DNA of 64,000 nt from Vicugna vicugna (lineage: Eukaryota). This document shows positions 13,400 through 26,290 of this stretch, piece after piece. The stretch is from positions 1,426,001 to 1,490,000 of the forward strand of contig MU058221.1 in NCBI GenBank assembly GCA_013265495.1, given 5' to 3'. Each line of letters begins with the position of its first letter. The stretch's first letter is position 1. A program made the position numbers and the translations under genes. The notes below the pieces were generated by a model. It had not been told where the DNA came from. It saw only the letters and a program-made list of their open reading frames with translations, and did no database searches.

Positions 13400-13985
13400 A
13401 AATACAAAACATTTCTGATCTAATCACCCTCACAGAGTTAGTGTCTGACTGACTACCTACAGATCTCAATGTTCTTGCAACCCCGCAGGTTTGATAATTC
13501 ACTAGAAAAACTCACACAGCACATTAAAAGTACAATACTTAAAATTAGGGCGTAGAAAGGAAATATGCAGGAAAGGGCCGGGGAGGGTTCCAGACACAGA
13601 GCTTCTGTGCCGTCTCCGAGACTCACCCTCACGGCACACTCGTCTTTACAAAACGGGGAATGTGTTCACCAATTAGGAAGCTCTATTAAGCTTCGGGGTC
13701 CAGAGTTCTTATTGAAGTTTTATTACTAGGCATCATTGATTGAATCATTGGCCGCAGAATTAAACTCAATCCCCAGCACCCCCTCCCTTCCCCAGAGGTC
13801 CAGCTGTTGAAATCCTCAACCCTTTAATCACATTCTTGGTTTTTCTGGTGACCAACTTCCTACCAGAAACTGTCCGGGGACCTAGCATGAGTCACCTCAT
13901 TGCCATAAAAAAACTCAGCAGGTTCCTAGAGTTTTTGAAGCCCTGAGTCTTAGTGGGACAAAACCCCAGCCTATTCTTTATCATA
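13400..13985. mobile_element. MER21-like LTR
   Basis: Typical MER21-group motifs: 'ggtttgataattcactagaa', 'tgtgttcaccaattaggaagctc', 'tgattgaatcattggcc', 'gagtcacctcatt'. Confidence 0.7.
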
Positions 13986-14514
13986 CTGTACCCTCCCAGC
14001 ACGCATGCTCTGTTTCCCTGCCTCTCCAAGACCAGGGCAGCCACCTCGTGTTGGCATTTCCTGACTGCTTATCAGTCCAACCTGAATTTCTTGACCCCTG
14101 TCCAACAGCTTCATTAGCCGAAGTTACTTACGTTCTAATAACGTAACTTCTAAATCCACCGGGACCAGATACTGCGTGCGTATTTGTAAACTAGAGCCAC
14201 AGCCACTTCTAATGTTACTAGTATCAGCAGTCTATTTTTTATCAGTCAAGTTTTGTTCCAGGTTTTCCATCCAATCCTGCCTCATTACAGCAAATTGTAA
14301 ATAACAACTTGATCCGTCTCCTCCTCCCAGTCGTGCTGCCAGGAACCCTGGGGTCCTGGATGTGTTAAAAAGACAGTGAGTGTGACAGAGCGTCAGAATT
14401 CAGGGTTCTGTTGGTCACACGACAGCTCGGACATGGAAGGCAGGCACTGTCCCGTTCACTTCTCTCAGAGAAGGTGAGTGGGAAGGATGCCCGCTCCTCC
14501 GCGTTCAGGGAGGT

Positions 14515-14528
14515 GTTTCCATGGCAAC
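14515..14528. promoter_or_regulatory. RFX X-box (GTTTCCATGGCAAC)
   Basis: Exact match to the palindromic consensus GTTNCCATGGNAAC. Function not shown. Confidence 0.55.
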
Positions 14529-17449
14529 CTGTAACCGGGGACCAGGAGAGGGCTCTGATGTTATCTCCTAGGAGCGTTTTCTCATCCTTGGACATCCCAA
14601 ATAAGCCACGTGTAATTTCAAAAATCCTAAAATGGCTTGGCTGTACATGATAAGTAGGAAAAACAGCCTTGTTTTTGTGCGGTGGTCTACAACCCCGTGC
14701 AGCCGGTGGCCACGACTGAGCGAAGGCGAACGTTCTCCTAACGCTGAGTGGCAGTGTCCCCAAGGTCTTGTTAGCGATGAAGAATTATATGCAATTCATT
14801 TAAAAAAATATATGGACTTTGGAGAAGGGCTCCACTTAAAGAAGTAGGGTCAAGTAACTAGCAGAGAAAAGAGGAGAATTGGCTTCAAGTTCTTCTGGCT
14901 TATGGAGTTTATTCCAAACCTACGGGGCAGACGCCCTCTCTTAGTTAATGGTCGGCCAGTCTAGCGTCAGCATATTTTTAGCTTACTAATATTCTTAGAT
15001 CCACTGATCCCTGAACATTCTTGACTAAGCATTCCTGACACGTTAATTAACATGGTGGGCAGGAGAACGCAGACCTCTGAGTGATTTTAGAATGAGGCCC
15101 AATGACTCCAAAGAGAAAGGCAAAAACCACTCTAGCTTCCTGTGTTTTGCCTCAAAGGCTTCTGATACGCTTTGGATTGAATCCATGATAATGGGGCTTG
15201 TTTTATTATTTTTTAAAAAAAAGACGTTTTAAATGACACCATAGGACAAACTGATGCTTCAGGACAATGTGCCTTGCTTTGGCTTGTTTGTTTGTTTGTT
15301 TTCCCTGTGGTTTCACTCACCTCATGTGTACACTGTCACATACAGGGTCCTGCTTCCTCCACTTTAGAAGCAAACGAAAGGTCCACGTCCTATAACAAAG
15401 CCATTTGTCTTGGTGAGTATTTACTCCTTGAACAGGGAAGATTTCATCCCATGATGCACAACTCTCTCCTGCGGCTGACACTGCACTTTTGTTGTAAGGG
15501 CAGCTTGAGAATGGTGAGCTGGTTTATTCGACGGGAATAACTCATTTGGATTATCCGGGTCTCTTTGAGATGACTCTTGTGCTCATTTTCCACAGTGTGT
15601 GCCTTTAGTGAACAATGACTTCTGAGAGTACACACACTGTGATGGCCCAAATCGCAAAAGTAAAGACGCAGTGTTGACCAGTGCAGCCTGACTTAGGATC
15701 GTACCCCCCAGCTTCTGCTGTATCTAAGAAGAATAATTTCAATTACAAAGGCAAAAAGTATTAGAAGAAAGCTGTCACCCAGAATTCTTTGTGTGTGAGA
15801 ATCAAATTGCCACCAAAGCCACAGAAAAAGCAGACGGAGGGACCATGAAATACTTCAAGAGAAAAAAATTAGCTTTATAGGTGGCAGAAAGCGTAGTAGA
15901 AACACATAAGGACCTAAAGACTTAGAAGCACTTATAAAGAGAAAGTTTCAACTCTTATAAATGACAGTAAAATTGAGTCAAGGAGGTAAACAGATTAATC
16001 CATAAGAGCATTTCTGGTGACTCGGGTTAGGAGAGCGCTGGAAAGGCGGAAAGGCATGCAGAGCGAGTGTCCAGGGAGGGGGGCTTTGCAGGGGTGCTGG
16101 GGGGCGGAGGTCGGGGGAGGACGTAGGGAGCACGTCAAGGGAGAGAACCGGGGGACGGGGTGCAGGGGAATATGCATGGGCATTCACTGGAATCCAGAGA
16201 GATTTTAGAGAGAAGAGAGAGAGAAGAGCTGAGAGAAAACATTGCCGAGGGAGCCCACATCCACAACACCCAAAGGCCTCCTCAGAACAGAGAAAGTGAT
16301 TCGTAGGAAACAACTGTGAATTTGCACAACACTCAGAGCAACCAACGTGCACTGAGCGGCCCCTGGGCGGTGAGCAGTGCGCCAAGGTGTGGACCTGCAC
16401 TGCATCATTCCCGCGTCGCAGAAAGTCTGTGTGTCCTGAAATCTTACTTATTTCCTGGAAGAAAGGGGACATTGACCACCTTTGAGTCTTAAAGCTGCCT
16501 TACATGAGCTCTTTCGCAAGACCGTATTTGTGAAAGCAGGGCACAGCCCAGAGGAAAAGGAGTTTCTGAAATCCTTTATTCCATATTTCGGCACAAAACA
16601 GAGGTAGCCCTGGCTGGCATGGCTATAGAACATTACAAAGGTGGGGAAGAGGGTCCTTTCCAGACTGGACGGATCTGGGGGAAGCTTAAACCTTTGGTTC
16701 CACTGGACTGAAGGAGAAGAAAGGGGATTTAGGTCAGACACACGTGAGTTACACTTCTGAACTTGCCCAGAAGGATGGGCGTAGGGGCGAGGGGAGAAAC
16801 AATTAGCTCTTTGAGGAACCTGAGGACTCTAGGAGCTATTGGCAAACCTCCTGGCCTCTAATGGAGGATCCGCAAACTGTTACTTTCCTCAACACTGCAG
16901 GGTGACCGCGCAGCAGCACTGGCGAAAAGCTAGAATGGTAAACACAAAGCCTGCATCCCTGTGCACTGGGAGCCGTGAGGAAGGGACCCAGAATGGCCCA
17001 CGTGGCCAGAAAAGGAGACCCAGAAGTCCTGAGAAAGCTGTGGACCAGCGGAGGCAAGGGGTTTAAAAAGGTGTGTGTGCAAGGTCCGAGGACTCTGAGT
17101 CCGGGGGTGAATGGCCAGGATTAAGGATCCTGGCAGTGCCTGTCAGCACATCAGCTGCCTCAAAGCCAGGCTTTGTTATCCTGTCTTCGCCCGGGAGATC
17201 CCCACTCAGGATGAGCCGAGGCCAGGCACCCCAGAGCAGGGCCCAGCAAGTCTGCGGAGGACGCGGTGTTAACACAAGTATCCACGCGCCCTCCCTGAAC
17301 ACCTAGTCAAGGCCTTGGAGGAGGAGTCAGAGAGGCAGGGGAGGAACGCAGGAGGGGAACAGACGGCATTGCTTCCAAAAGTGGCTCAGATCTTACAGGA
17401 AGAGACTGAGTACGTTCCCTGATGAATGTAAACTTACCAGAATGTGAAC

Positions 17450-17605
17450 TGGCGACTGAAATGAACGCGCAGCCTGAACGTTGAGAGTTGCTTTTTTTGG
17501 CGGGAGGACTCCAGCCGGGATGACGGCCTCTCAGGTCGCTCTCAGGGAGTGCTCCCTAGAGGTGGGGGAGGAGCCAGGATATGCAGGCGCTTTACAGCAA
17601 AGACT
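17450..17605 (-). mobile_element. ERV1 LTR fragment (artiodactyl/camelid type)
   Basis: 'gttgagagttgc...ggcgggaggactccagccgggatgacggcctctcag...ggggaggagccaggatat' resembles a common artiodactyl LTR end as recalled. Confidence 0.6.
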
Positions 17606-19714
17606 TATTCTTATTAAAATAACAATCGAAGTTTTATCTCCACTATAATTTGTTAGTTAGCTTAGTGTGTTGTTGAATTTTCAATTCTTGTGTTAATTAA
17701 ATACTTTATTTCCTTGTTTCTTCCAATATAAATCTTCAATTATTCAGTCTTTCTTGTGAAAAACGAGTGATGACCCGGAGCCCGCGTTACCACAGTGAAA
17801 AAGCGTGCTCCAGAGTTGCAGCCACTCCAGTCAAATAAGAGCTCAAATTTATCTTTTAGAGGACATTTGTTGATTGCCCTGTTCTTTGCCTTCTGTGACA
17901 GTGTCCAGAATTTTACAACAATATGGTTTGAAATTGGAAATGACCCTGGTCCTTGTGCCCAAGGACCGCGGACCCTCCCAGGCCCCGTCTCCTCCCTGGG
18001 AGGTTTGTTAGAAAGACCAGGATGGTGCAGACCGGGATTGGTCATAAAACAGTCTTTGTAAAGACACATAATCAGATATTATGTATTTATCTTTCTAAAA
18101 AGCTTGCAAACATTTCACCAAAGCTTAACATTTTTCACCTGAACACTAAAACACGTTTTCGTAAATATTTTCGCGGTCACTTGGCACTGCGCCAAAGCTG
18201 AGACAAGGGTTCAGAGCCCTGGCAACATGGTCCGTTACATTTTGCTCTGCTTTCTGCTTTATCATAGAGGCGAAGACTTGAAGCCAGCTAGAAGAGTTGC
18301 AGGGGGTAAGTATTTCAATCTCTACTAGTTACTGTCTTGTCATTGGTGAAAAAAAAAATTGTGTTGAGGATTTATACTTTGGAAATACTCAACCACTCCA
18401 AGAATATATTTTAACTGGTGGTCATTTTCAATTATTCTTTTATGAGATTTTTGGGATATATTTGTTAATAGTTTTCTATTATTTGTTTGTTCTAGTAAGT
18501 GGCCACTTTGCAACTCTGCTACTAAAAGCTTGCTTTTCTGTGTTTGTTGGGATAGCCTAAATCTATCCAGGGCTCCTGTCTGCAGAATTCGCCACTGATC
18601 TCACTGGAACTGTCCCAGAGTGGCCACTTTATTTAGAAATCTACCTCTAGCAAGTACAAGCCGGGTTCCTACACACACACTTTTACTTTCGTTCTTAAAA
18701 TCATTCCCAGCACTGAAATCTGCCCTCGCCTGACCGTCTCATGTGGTTTTATCTCCGGTCCCAGGAGATAATAATAGGATATAAATTGGAAATTCCATCT
18801 GCATACACCCTGCCATGTTTATTCTTCACAAGTCAAGAATCCAAGCAATGTTTTCGTCCATCCCACAATTCTTTCTCTGCTGTTATGTCCTGAATAGGTT
18901 TTTTTCAAGTTTTCTCTCCCATGGATGCTAACTGTTACTGAATTGAATGGGTGATACGAATACCTCCCCATAGATGAATATGTCTTTGATTTTTAAATAA
19001 CAATAAACGGGTGCAAATCGTGATGTTGATTGTGTACATGGCCATCTTTTATTCCCCTCCCCCCTAGGAGTGCCACCAGTTAAAAGAAGTGAGACAGTCC
19101 AGTGCTGCCCTGGGTGATTTCAGACCCATATGTGTCTACACAGCCTGAGGAGTAGAGCTAAGATAAACATTTCTCAAGTAAAACTACCATCTGCTTTTAT
19201 TGCCCTTCAATTTTCAGTGAAGCCTCTAAGATGTAACTGTGCGAACAGACACACTGATGACTTCTCTGTTTCACGTACGAAAAAGATCGTAAACAGGACG
19301 TAAATGCTCCCATTTTATACCCTTTTCCCCATGATGTCCTGAACAATAAAGCAGCTAAATGCTCTGTAAATCCCTGTCTTTGTAACAACTGCAAATCACT
19401 TCTTAACGTGCATTTGACCCCGGGAAACTAGCAGACACTCCCTTGCGAGCTGACGCTGCGTTAACAGAACAACTTCTCGTTTTGAAGCCGCGGCTTGCAG
19501 ACAGCACGGCGGCTGATTAAATCTCAGTGATGATCACAGGAAACCCGGTCCGTGTCAGGCCTCTCTTCTGATATGTACGGGACAATTTTTTTTTCCTCGT
19601 TTTTACTTCCTTCTCCAATGAAAATCAGTAGGCTTGGGTATATTTGTATTGAAATAATTTTATGTATGCATACAAAATTCAGTTCAGCAAAGTTTCCAAT
19701 GTAATCTCCCTTAT

Positions 19715-19885
19715 TCATTTTCCATTGCTGCGTAACAGATTACCACAAACTTAGTGACTTGAAATAGCACTTCTCATGAGTCCCCAGGTTCCCTGGGCTG
19801 GGCGTCTGGGTACATCAGAGCTGGGCCTCTGGTCTGGATCTCACCAGGGTGAGATCAAGATGCTGACCAAGCCTCAGTCTCATCC
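19715..19885 (-). mobile_element. MLT1 (MaLR LTR) fragment
   Basis: 'attgctgcgtaacagattaccacaaacttagtgacttgaa' is the antisense MLT1 3' terminus. Confidence 0.75.
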
Positions 19886-22299
19886 ATTTCAGTACTATGG
19901 CCACCACCAAAATGAGTCCACACACACATAGCCCCTACACATAGTGACAACCAAGAGTGGTTTACCCCTGCAGATACACAGTTGTGCCAGACAAGCTTAA
20001 CATTCTGGAAAACATGATTCGTCCAGACCAACGGATCCTTCTAAACCTACAGAAATCTCTGGACACAAACTATTATGGACACATGGCCTAACTTCAAATA
20101 TAATCGTGTCTCACGCACACTGGTGAGCTCAACGCATGGACAACGTCATGCACAGTGACAACTCCAGACACACTAAACTCTTTGAGCATCTTCATTTCCT
20201 GGTGAGACTCACCCAAGCATAATCTAAGAATTACATGCTCACTGTAACTGAGATAGGGATAAGGAGGCCAAACTGGAAGTTCCTCCAGGTCACATCAGAT
20301 TAATTGACGAATTCCTCTGTGTTTTGTCATGTGAAGCACTTAAGTATGCCTCCTCAGGGCAGCCATCTTCATTCTGCTACCGCAGGCAATGATGTGTAAG
20401 CAATTAACAGTCATAGAAAATCCATCTATTACTAATCTATAAATGTGACACTGGTAGCTTATAAATACTCTGGTTTTATAAATATCAGGTTTCATAAATA
20501 TGTAATATTTATAAATATTATTTATAAATTTTAAATATGCATTTATAGAAATATAAATACAAATTTGAACTTTGGTTTAATGCTTTCTTTTAAAATTATC
20601 GATGCATTTCCATGAACCATTGGCGTCAGCCACCAATTTTGAATGTAATAAGATGCATAAACTTTTGAGAGGAAAAGTTTTTCTAAGAATCTCCTTGTCC
20701 TTCTCAAGCCTGCAATTATGTGTAGATATCTATACACTGCTTTCTTCAGAATTCAATTATTGGAATAATTTTTTTTTCTAGGAATATTGAGTTCAGAATA
20801 GAACAAATAACTAAACTGTATTAAGAGTTCATTAAGCTATTCTGGAAGGACTATGTCACCAAAAGTAAATTTTGCCTTTATTTTTCAATAAAAGGTTTTC
20901 TCTCAGTGTTCCAGACCTTGTAAATATATAATAAGGGCCTTGCTCTAAAGTCAACTTGTCTCCCCTAATTCAGCATCGCTGCGCAAGTCTTTAAAAGGCA
21001 TGCTAGGAAATAAAGCCTTCATGTGGCTATAGTTCCTTCTTTTCTGCCATTTTCGGGCCACAAGTGCTGAAGACTTTCCGCCACACTTAGCGAGCTGGTT
21101 CTCTCAATGATGTTTTGGATCTGAGTCTGCTCATGCTTTCCCTGGAGCAGCTGTAGGACCGCCCGCTGCCCAGCTCAAAATACGGAATGTCTGTCGGTGT
21201 TTCTGCCTTGCCTGCAGGCTTTTCTGTCTCTGCTTACACCCGTGTGTGAAACACCCAGGTGAGTATTTCAGGTGGGCTTCCGCACAGCATCGCACCCTCC
21301 TGATTCCGCGGATTAATTTTGCAGGGAGCCGGTGACAGGATCAGAGTCAATGAGTCTTCATGAGACTCGTACTGCAGGAATGAAGAAAGGCAGGCTCTGT
21401 TACCATCAGATCTGAACTTGAGAGGATGGGAACCCAGGGCTGCTGCAGATGACCATGTGAAATCTGAGAATAAAGGCAACAAAACAGAAGGCAGAGTCCT
21501 ACTGGAAAAGTGTTTCTAGATGCAGCTTAACCCGAATCAGGCCCCAAACTTGAACTCTTCTATTACAGCGGACACTAAATTCTCTTTCTCTTTTCTTCTA
21601 GTCGAGTCGGGTTTTCCACTGATAGCAGGAAGTTTTCTAAGTAACACATTACTGCTGCAGACCAAACGCTGCAGTGGCGATGAGAGCATGGGATCAAAGC
21701 CCTTAGCCTGGCCTGAAGACTCAAGGAGCAGACGTTACCCACAAGAAGCAGTATCTACGCTGAGACGTGGAAGGTGCGTGGGAGTGAGCCAGGCCAAAGG
21801 GAGGGAGCAGGCTCAGACAGCATGTCTCTAACTAGAGTACAGAACTTGTATGAAAGGTACAGTCAACATCTAGGGGACCAGGAGAAGGGTGAGACGCAGA
21901 GAAGGAGAGATTGCAGAAGATTTCGTCAGCCATGTCTTGACCTAAGTTATTGGCCATTGGAAAAGAATTTTTTTAATTAAAAAATTAACACATGCACAAG
22001 GTCAAATTTCAGACACCACGGTAGCTGCTGCTGGCGAAGTCCTCCAAGTCCCCAGGAGAGAAAAGGAGCACCTTCATTTATTTTTTGTTACGTAAGACAG
22101 GATAACTGATCATCGCCCAGAAAAACATAAAACGATATACGAGTTTGACGGCCCAAGAGAATGGCAGGAGCTTTGCTCTATGTTATAAAGCAGATCAGTG
22201 AAGTCCCAAGAGGTTTTTAAAAGGTGGCTTGCAGTCATAAGCATTACAGAGCTTAGAAAGGTGGACTGGACTGTCGGGGGGAAGCAAGTCAAGCTCTCG

Positions 22300-22620
22300 T
22301 ATTGAGCAGGGAGGCGGCTTTGACGGATTAAAGCTCACATGACGGGGTTTGGGGTCGCAGGGTGGGAATAAGCTATTGTCACAACAAGGAGGTTCAGGAG
22401 GTTTGGAAGGTCTCACACCATGGCGATGATACGTGAAACGGACGTGCAAAACTCAGGGGCAGGAACGGGGGTCAGAGTTGAGAGGTGAATAGCCACTCTC
22501 CAGGAGGTCCACGTGGTGAATGGCAGAAGACGGCTTCTCATCAACGACAGGGGCGGTGGTTTGTGGTAAATCCCCACGATGAGAGGCAGAGGCTGCTGAG
22601 GTACCACCAAGTCACGTTCG
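22300..22620 (-). mobile_element. Possible LINE-2 ORF2 endonuclease fragment
   Basis: ORF 22413..22610(-) PLPLIVGIYHKPP resembles the L2/CR1 EN motif (PLPLLVAVIYRPP-like); the minus strand is pyrimidine-rich, as in L2. Confidence 0.4.
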
Positions 22621-25094
22621 GTGTGGAAACCGGCAGGGCCCAGGCGATGGGGGGGAGCGTCAGGCCAGCTCCGCTTCGGGGAGGTCTGGCAGCTCCGGCA
22701 AAGACGAGGTCGGGCAGCTAAACTGCAGCTGAAGCGCCAATGGCGTGCCCTCAGCCACGTCCAGCCACGATGATTCCTCTTGTGGGCAGAGTTTGTTTAG
22801 AAGGTAATAGTCCGCTATGTGACATCTTTGCCATTTATGACTGACATTATGGAAAAGGCAGTATCTTATGGTGAAAAGAACTATAAATCTTAAAATCTGG
22901 CTTGGCCACCAACTAGCCTTTTCCTCTTGAACCAGTTACTATTTTTCTGCCCCCTAATAAAATAAGAAACTCTACGACATCAGGATTTTATGATGCCACA
23001 AAGCAGTCAGAGTTACCCAGAAGAAGAGACAAGAGGAAATCCAGACTTCATTTTAAAAAATCATGAAGTCAAAGGATGCCAAACCTTACATGATCCCACA
23101 GGACTGAAGAACTGACCAGCGTGGGAAGAAAGGCACAGCACGCTAGTATGTTCAGACATAATGTGCTAGGAAACAAAGTGTGTTACCGTGTCTCAGGGCT
23201 CCCTTCCCCTTTTGCTCTGACTAGAAACCAAGGCGGCACAGCCATGGTGGCTGTCGCCATTGCACGTGACTGAGACTGGACGCGTGCAACACTGAGGAAA
23301 CGGCAAACGAAATTCTCTCCAGGCAGTTATTGTCAAGGCGGAATTTTAAGCCAGCATTTCCACAAATTCTAGAACTCTAAGCAAGTGTTTTGTGTATAAT
23401 GTGCAACTTTTCTTCTCCTTAAGTCTGGAAATTTTTGTTTTGTATGAATGCCTGATTTCCACCGGGACTCTGAGAACGGAATGGTCCAGTTTTATTGTCT
23501 CTTCGTTTCTGCATGAAACCACACTCAGTAAACATATATCAGTCTGAGTAAGAACCGTAAATAGCAATTATGCCCATATCTTTCTCCCGAGGCCAACATA
23601 GAAAATGGAATAAATTGTCTAACAATCTGCAAATCATAACGAGGTATTAAATTTTTATATTGCTTTGGGGAAATAATGAACTTTGTTTCTGAGTCTTTAA
23701 TGACAAGAAATTATTTCTTAATGATGAATTGATAAATCAAGTCTTGGCAAGATTTTTTTAAGCCATTGTTGATAGCTGGTTAGTAGTAAAACTGCTGCGT
23801 GGCACAACATTGAAATCCAAATTAATTCATCCCAGGAACTGGACAACTGTTTAATAAAACATAGCATTATTTCCTATTGTCTCAGATTCACTGACAAAGT
23901 TATGATTTTTTGAGGTCACTCATTATTACAGTCAGTACAGTGTCAGGAACACACAGCATGCTGAATTTCTACTCACACATATTTATACAAGTTTATGTAG
24001 ACACATATAGGTTATACATACATAAAATATACTTAGGCATAAGTATATTTTTTTGCTTATAGAATGAAAGATGATGATAAATGAGTAATTTGATCAAAGC
24101 CATAGAACCACAACGATATTTTATTTTTGCCTTTTTCAACAAAATATACCAAAAATGTTCTATGGAATCATCCAGGTTTTATAATTATATATTAAGACAC
24201 AAAAACCAATACATTAGAAACATAGGAAAATTGTTTTATAGTGCGAGAGTGGAATAAATTTTAATTTTGAGAACAGTGTAAAATGTGAAATGGTCACTAT
24301 TAAATATTCAGTGAATTTACATTATGCCAAACGATATGGCACTTGGATCACTGCTACTAGAAAAGGACTCTTCCATCTTTCTGCATTCCACGGCTGGACC
24401 ATGCAGTGGCCTTAGCCTTCCAAGCTGGTCCTCTCAGAAGACAGCATGAGAGCAAAGAATGGTACGTTGAGTAAAACTAGATTAGCTGCCTCTGTGGAGA
24501 AGGGAACCAAGATTATGGGTCCCACAAAAGGTCGTACCTCAAGGAACCATTCCAGGGGAGGAGGACCTGTGGAAATGGGAAGGACCGCTGTGAGGGAGTA
24601 ATGCAGAATCCCGCGACGGGCAGCCCCGTTAGACAGAGGTAGGAAGCACTGGAAAAGATGTAATTTCCAAGAACACGGCAATGACATTCAGGGCCTTTCC
24701 TGACGAAGACGGGGAACGCCCTTCAGAACAAAGCGCTCTCTCTGTGGTTCTTGGATTATCCAAGATAGAGAGGAAGCCCAAACTGCCTGAGAATGAGCCA
24801 CTTTCCCAATCCAGGCATTGCTGGTTGGAGACAGATTTACTTTAACTTAGAAAAGTCAAATTCACTTTAAACAACTCAGTGGTGGAGAACTGCATGCCCG
24901 TTACTCTAAAAGAATGGCATTTGGACAGAATGTTTTCATCTGTTTATCAAGAGTTCATACAGTTTAAAATTTTGCTGGTATAACTGCTTTAATTTACTGA
25001 GCAGCTGCTTTGCGTCAGATAATATGCATGCATTTGCAACTCTCACCCTTCCTGCAGTAAAGAAAACATCTCTGCTTTATTGAGATTAAGAGCG

Positions 25095-25160
25095 TGTTCT
25101 GGTTTTCTATTGCTACATAACATATCACCCCAAAACTTAGTGGCTTAAAAAAACTGCAGG
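25095..25160 (-). mobile_element. MLT1 3' terminus (split from 26285-26730)
   Basis: 'tgttctggttttctattgctacataacatatcaccccaaaacttagtggcttaaaa'. Confidence 0.75.
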
Positions 25161-25164
25161 CACT

Positions 25165-25714
25165 TGGTTACCAAACTCAGATTTGGAGGCTTGCCACTCA
25201 AAAGCCAATAATTAAGAAGGGAATGTCGGCAGAAAGGAAAGTTGCCTTAATCGGAGAGCTGGTGATCTGAGGAGAAGGTGGACTCATATCTGGAGACCAA
25301 CTCAGATTGCTCAGCCATGGCTGTTTTTAAAGGGAAAAGGGGAGACGACCTTAGTTAATCATTAAGGTAGGAGATCAGATTCTTTGTCCTTTTTCCACTG
25401 TGCACAGACCTGCTGACTCCTGGTCCTTTTTGGATGCTATCTTGTTTGTGAGGTTTGATTTCAATTGGATGCTACCCTGGCCACATGGTCCAGCTGCACA
25501 TTTGCTAAAGGGGAAGCTGGGGGTAAGGAGCCAGTCATTCCTTAACTATTCAATTCTTCATTCTTACTCCTTCTAATCCAGAAAAGGAATGAAAGTTTAT
25601 ATAAGGCATTGGGTACATTCAGTAAAGAAAAATCAGAAGTTAAGTTAAATGTACCCTAGTGATTTCATCTGAGGAAACAGAAGAAACAGAAAAGGGACAA
25701 GCAAGCTGGTTACA
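25165..25714 (-). mobile_element. ERV1 3' LTR
   Basis: 550 bp; the minus strand starts TGTAACC and ends GGTAACCA. It is preceded on the minus strand by a purine-rich stretch (ggcagtggagg) and an env-like remnant. Confidence 0.75.
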
Positions 25715-25748
25715 AACCTCCACTGCCAGGCGTTTTATTCCCATGGGA

Positions 25749-26290
25749 TTAGGGGCCAACACCCTCCTCATGTAGAATCTTCATGCTGATGTGGGGGACC
25801 GTGTTGTCAGAGTAGAAGGTGTCAACGTGGGTCTGCAGCGTCTCTTTGCTGACAATCTTAGTTGCCTGCTTACACATATGAGCCAAGCAAGCGCCAATGG
25901 CTTTGATGCCCACAGAGATGTAGGTTATCACGAACAATACTGTCACTGCCATCCTCCAGAGGCCACTACTTGGAAGTGCGCTAGGCACAGACTCCGTCCT
26001 GCTCAAGGTGGAGCAGCCTGTGTCGTGGCTGCCGTCTGGCCATCGTGTAGTCAGCTCTCCCCCTCTGGTGGCAGCTACGGCGTCTGAGAATAAGACGCCT
26101 CAGGGTGTGCATCAGACTCCGAGAGGGTCTGACTCTGTCGTCTGAGTCATTGGCGGCGTGAGCTGCTCCGTGACGCAGGGAGCCCTGGGAGACTGCACCT
26201 GCTCCAAAACCGAGAGGCGGGGGCGTGAAAGGATTGTCATCCTTGAGTAGGGGGCCCACAGCGCTCTTCTCTCTTCCAGTTTTGCTCTTT
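25749..26290 (-). pseudogene. env: Decayed ERV env TM subunit (gamma-type)
   Basis: In-frame R-E-K-S|AVG at 26274-26254 (degenerate furin RXKR). About 90 codons later comes LLHLEQDGVCA (compare LLAEQGGVCA, the start of the CX6CC motif). A hydrophobic anchor and tail follow in another frame (LPSSGLWRMAVTVLFVITYISVGIKAIGACLAHMCKQ), ending just before the LTR. Confidence 0.6.

Noticed and set aside
14769..15016. Short TG...CA-bounded LTR-like segment
   Set aside because: No family recognised and the flanks match only 3 of 4 bases.
23238..23289. Two adjacent 7-bp hairpins (possible small RNA)
   Set aside because: The stems are short enough to occur by chance, and there are no snoRNA, miRNA or tRNA hallmarks.
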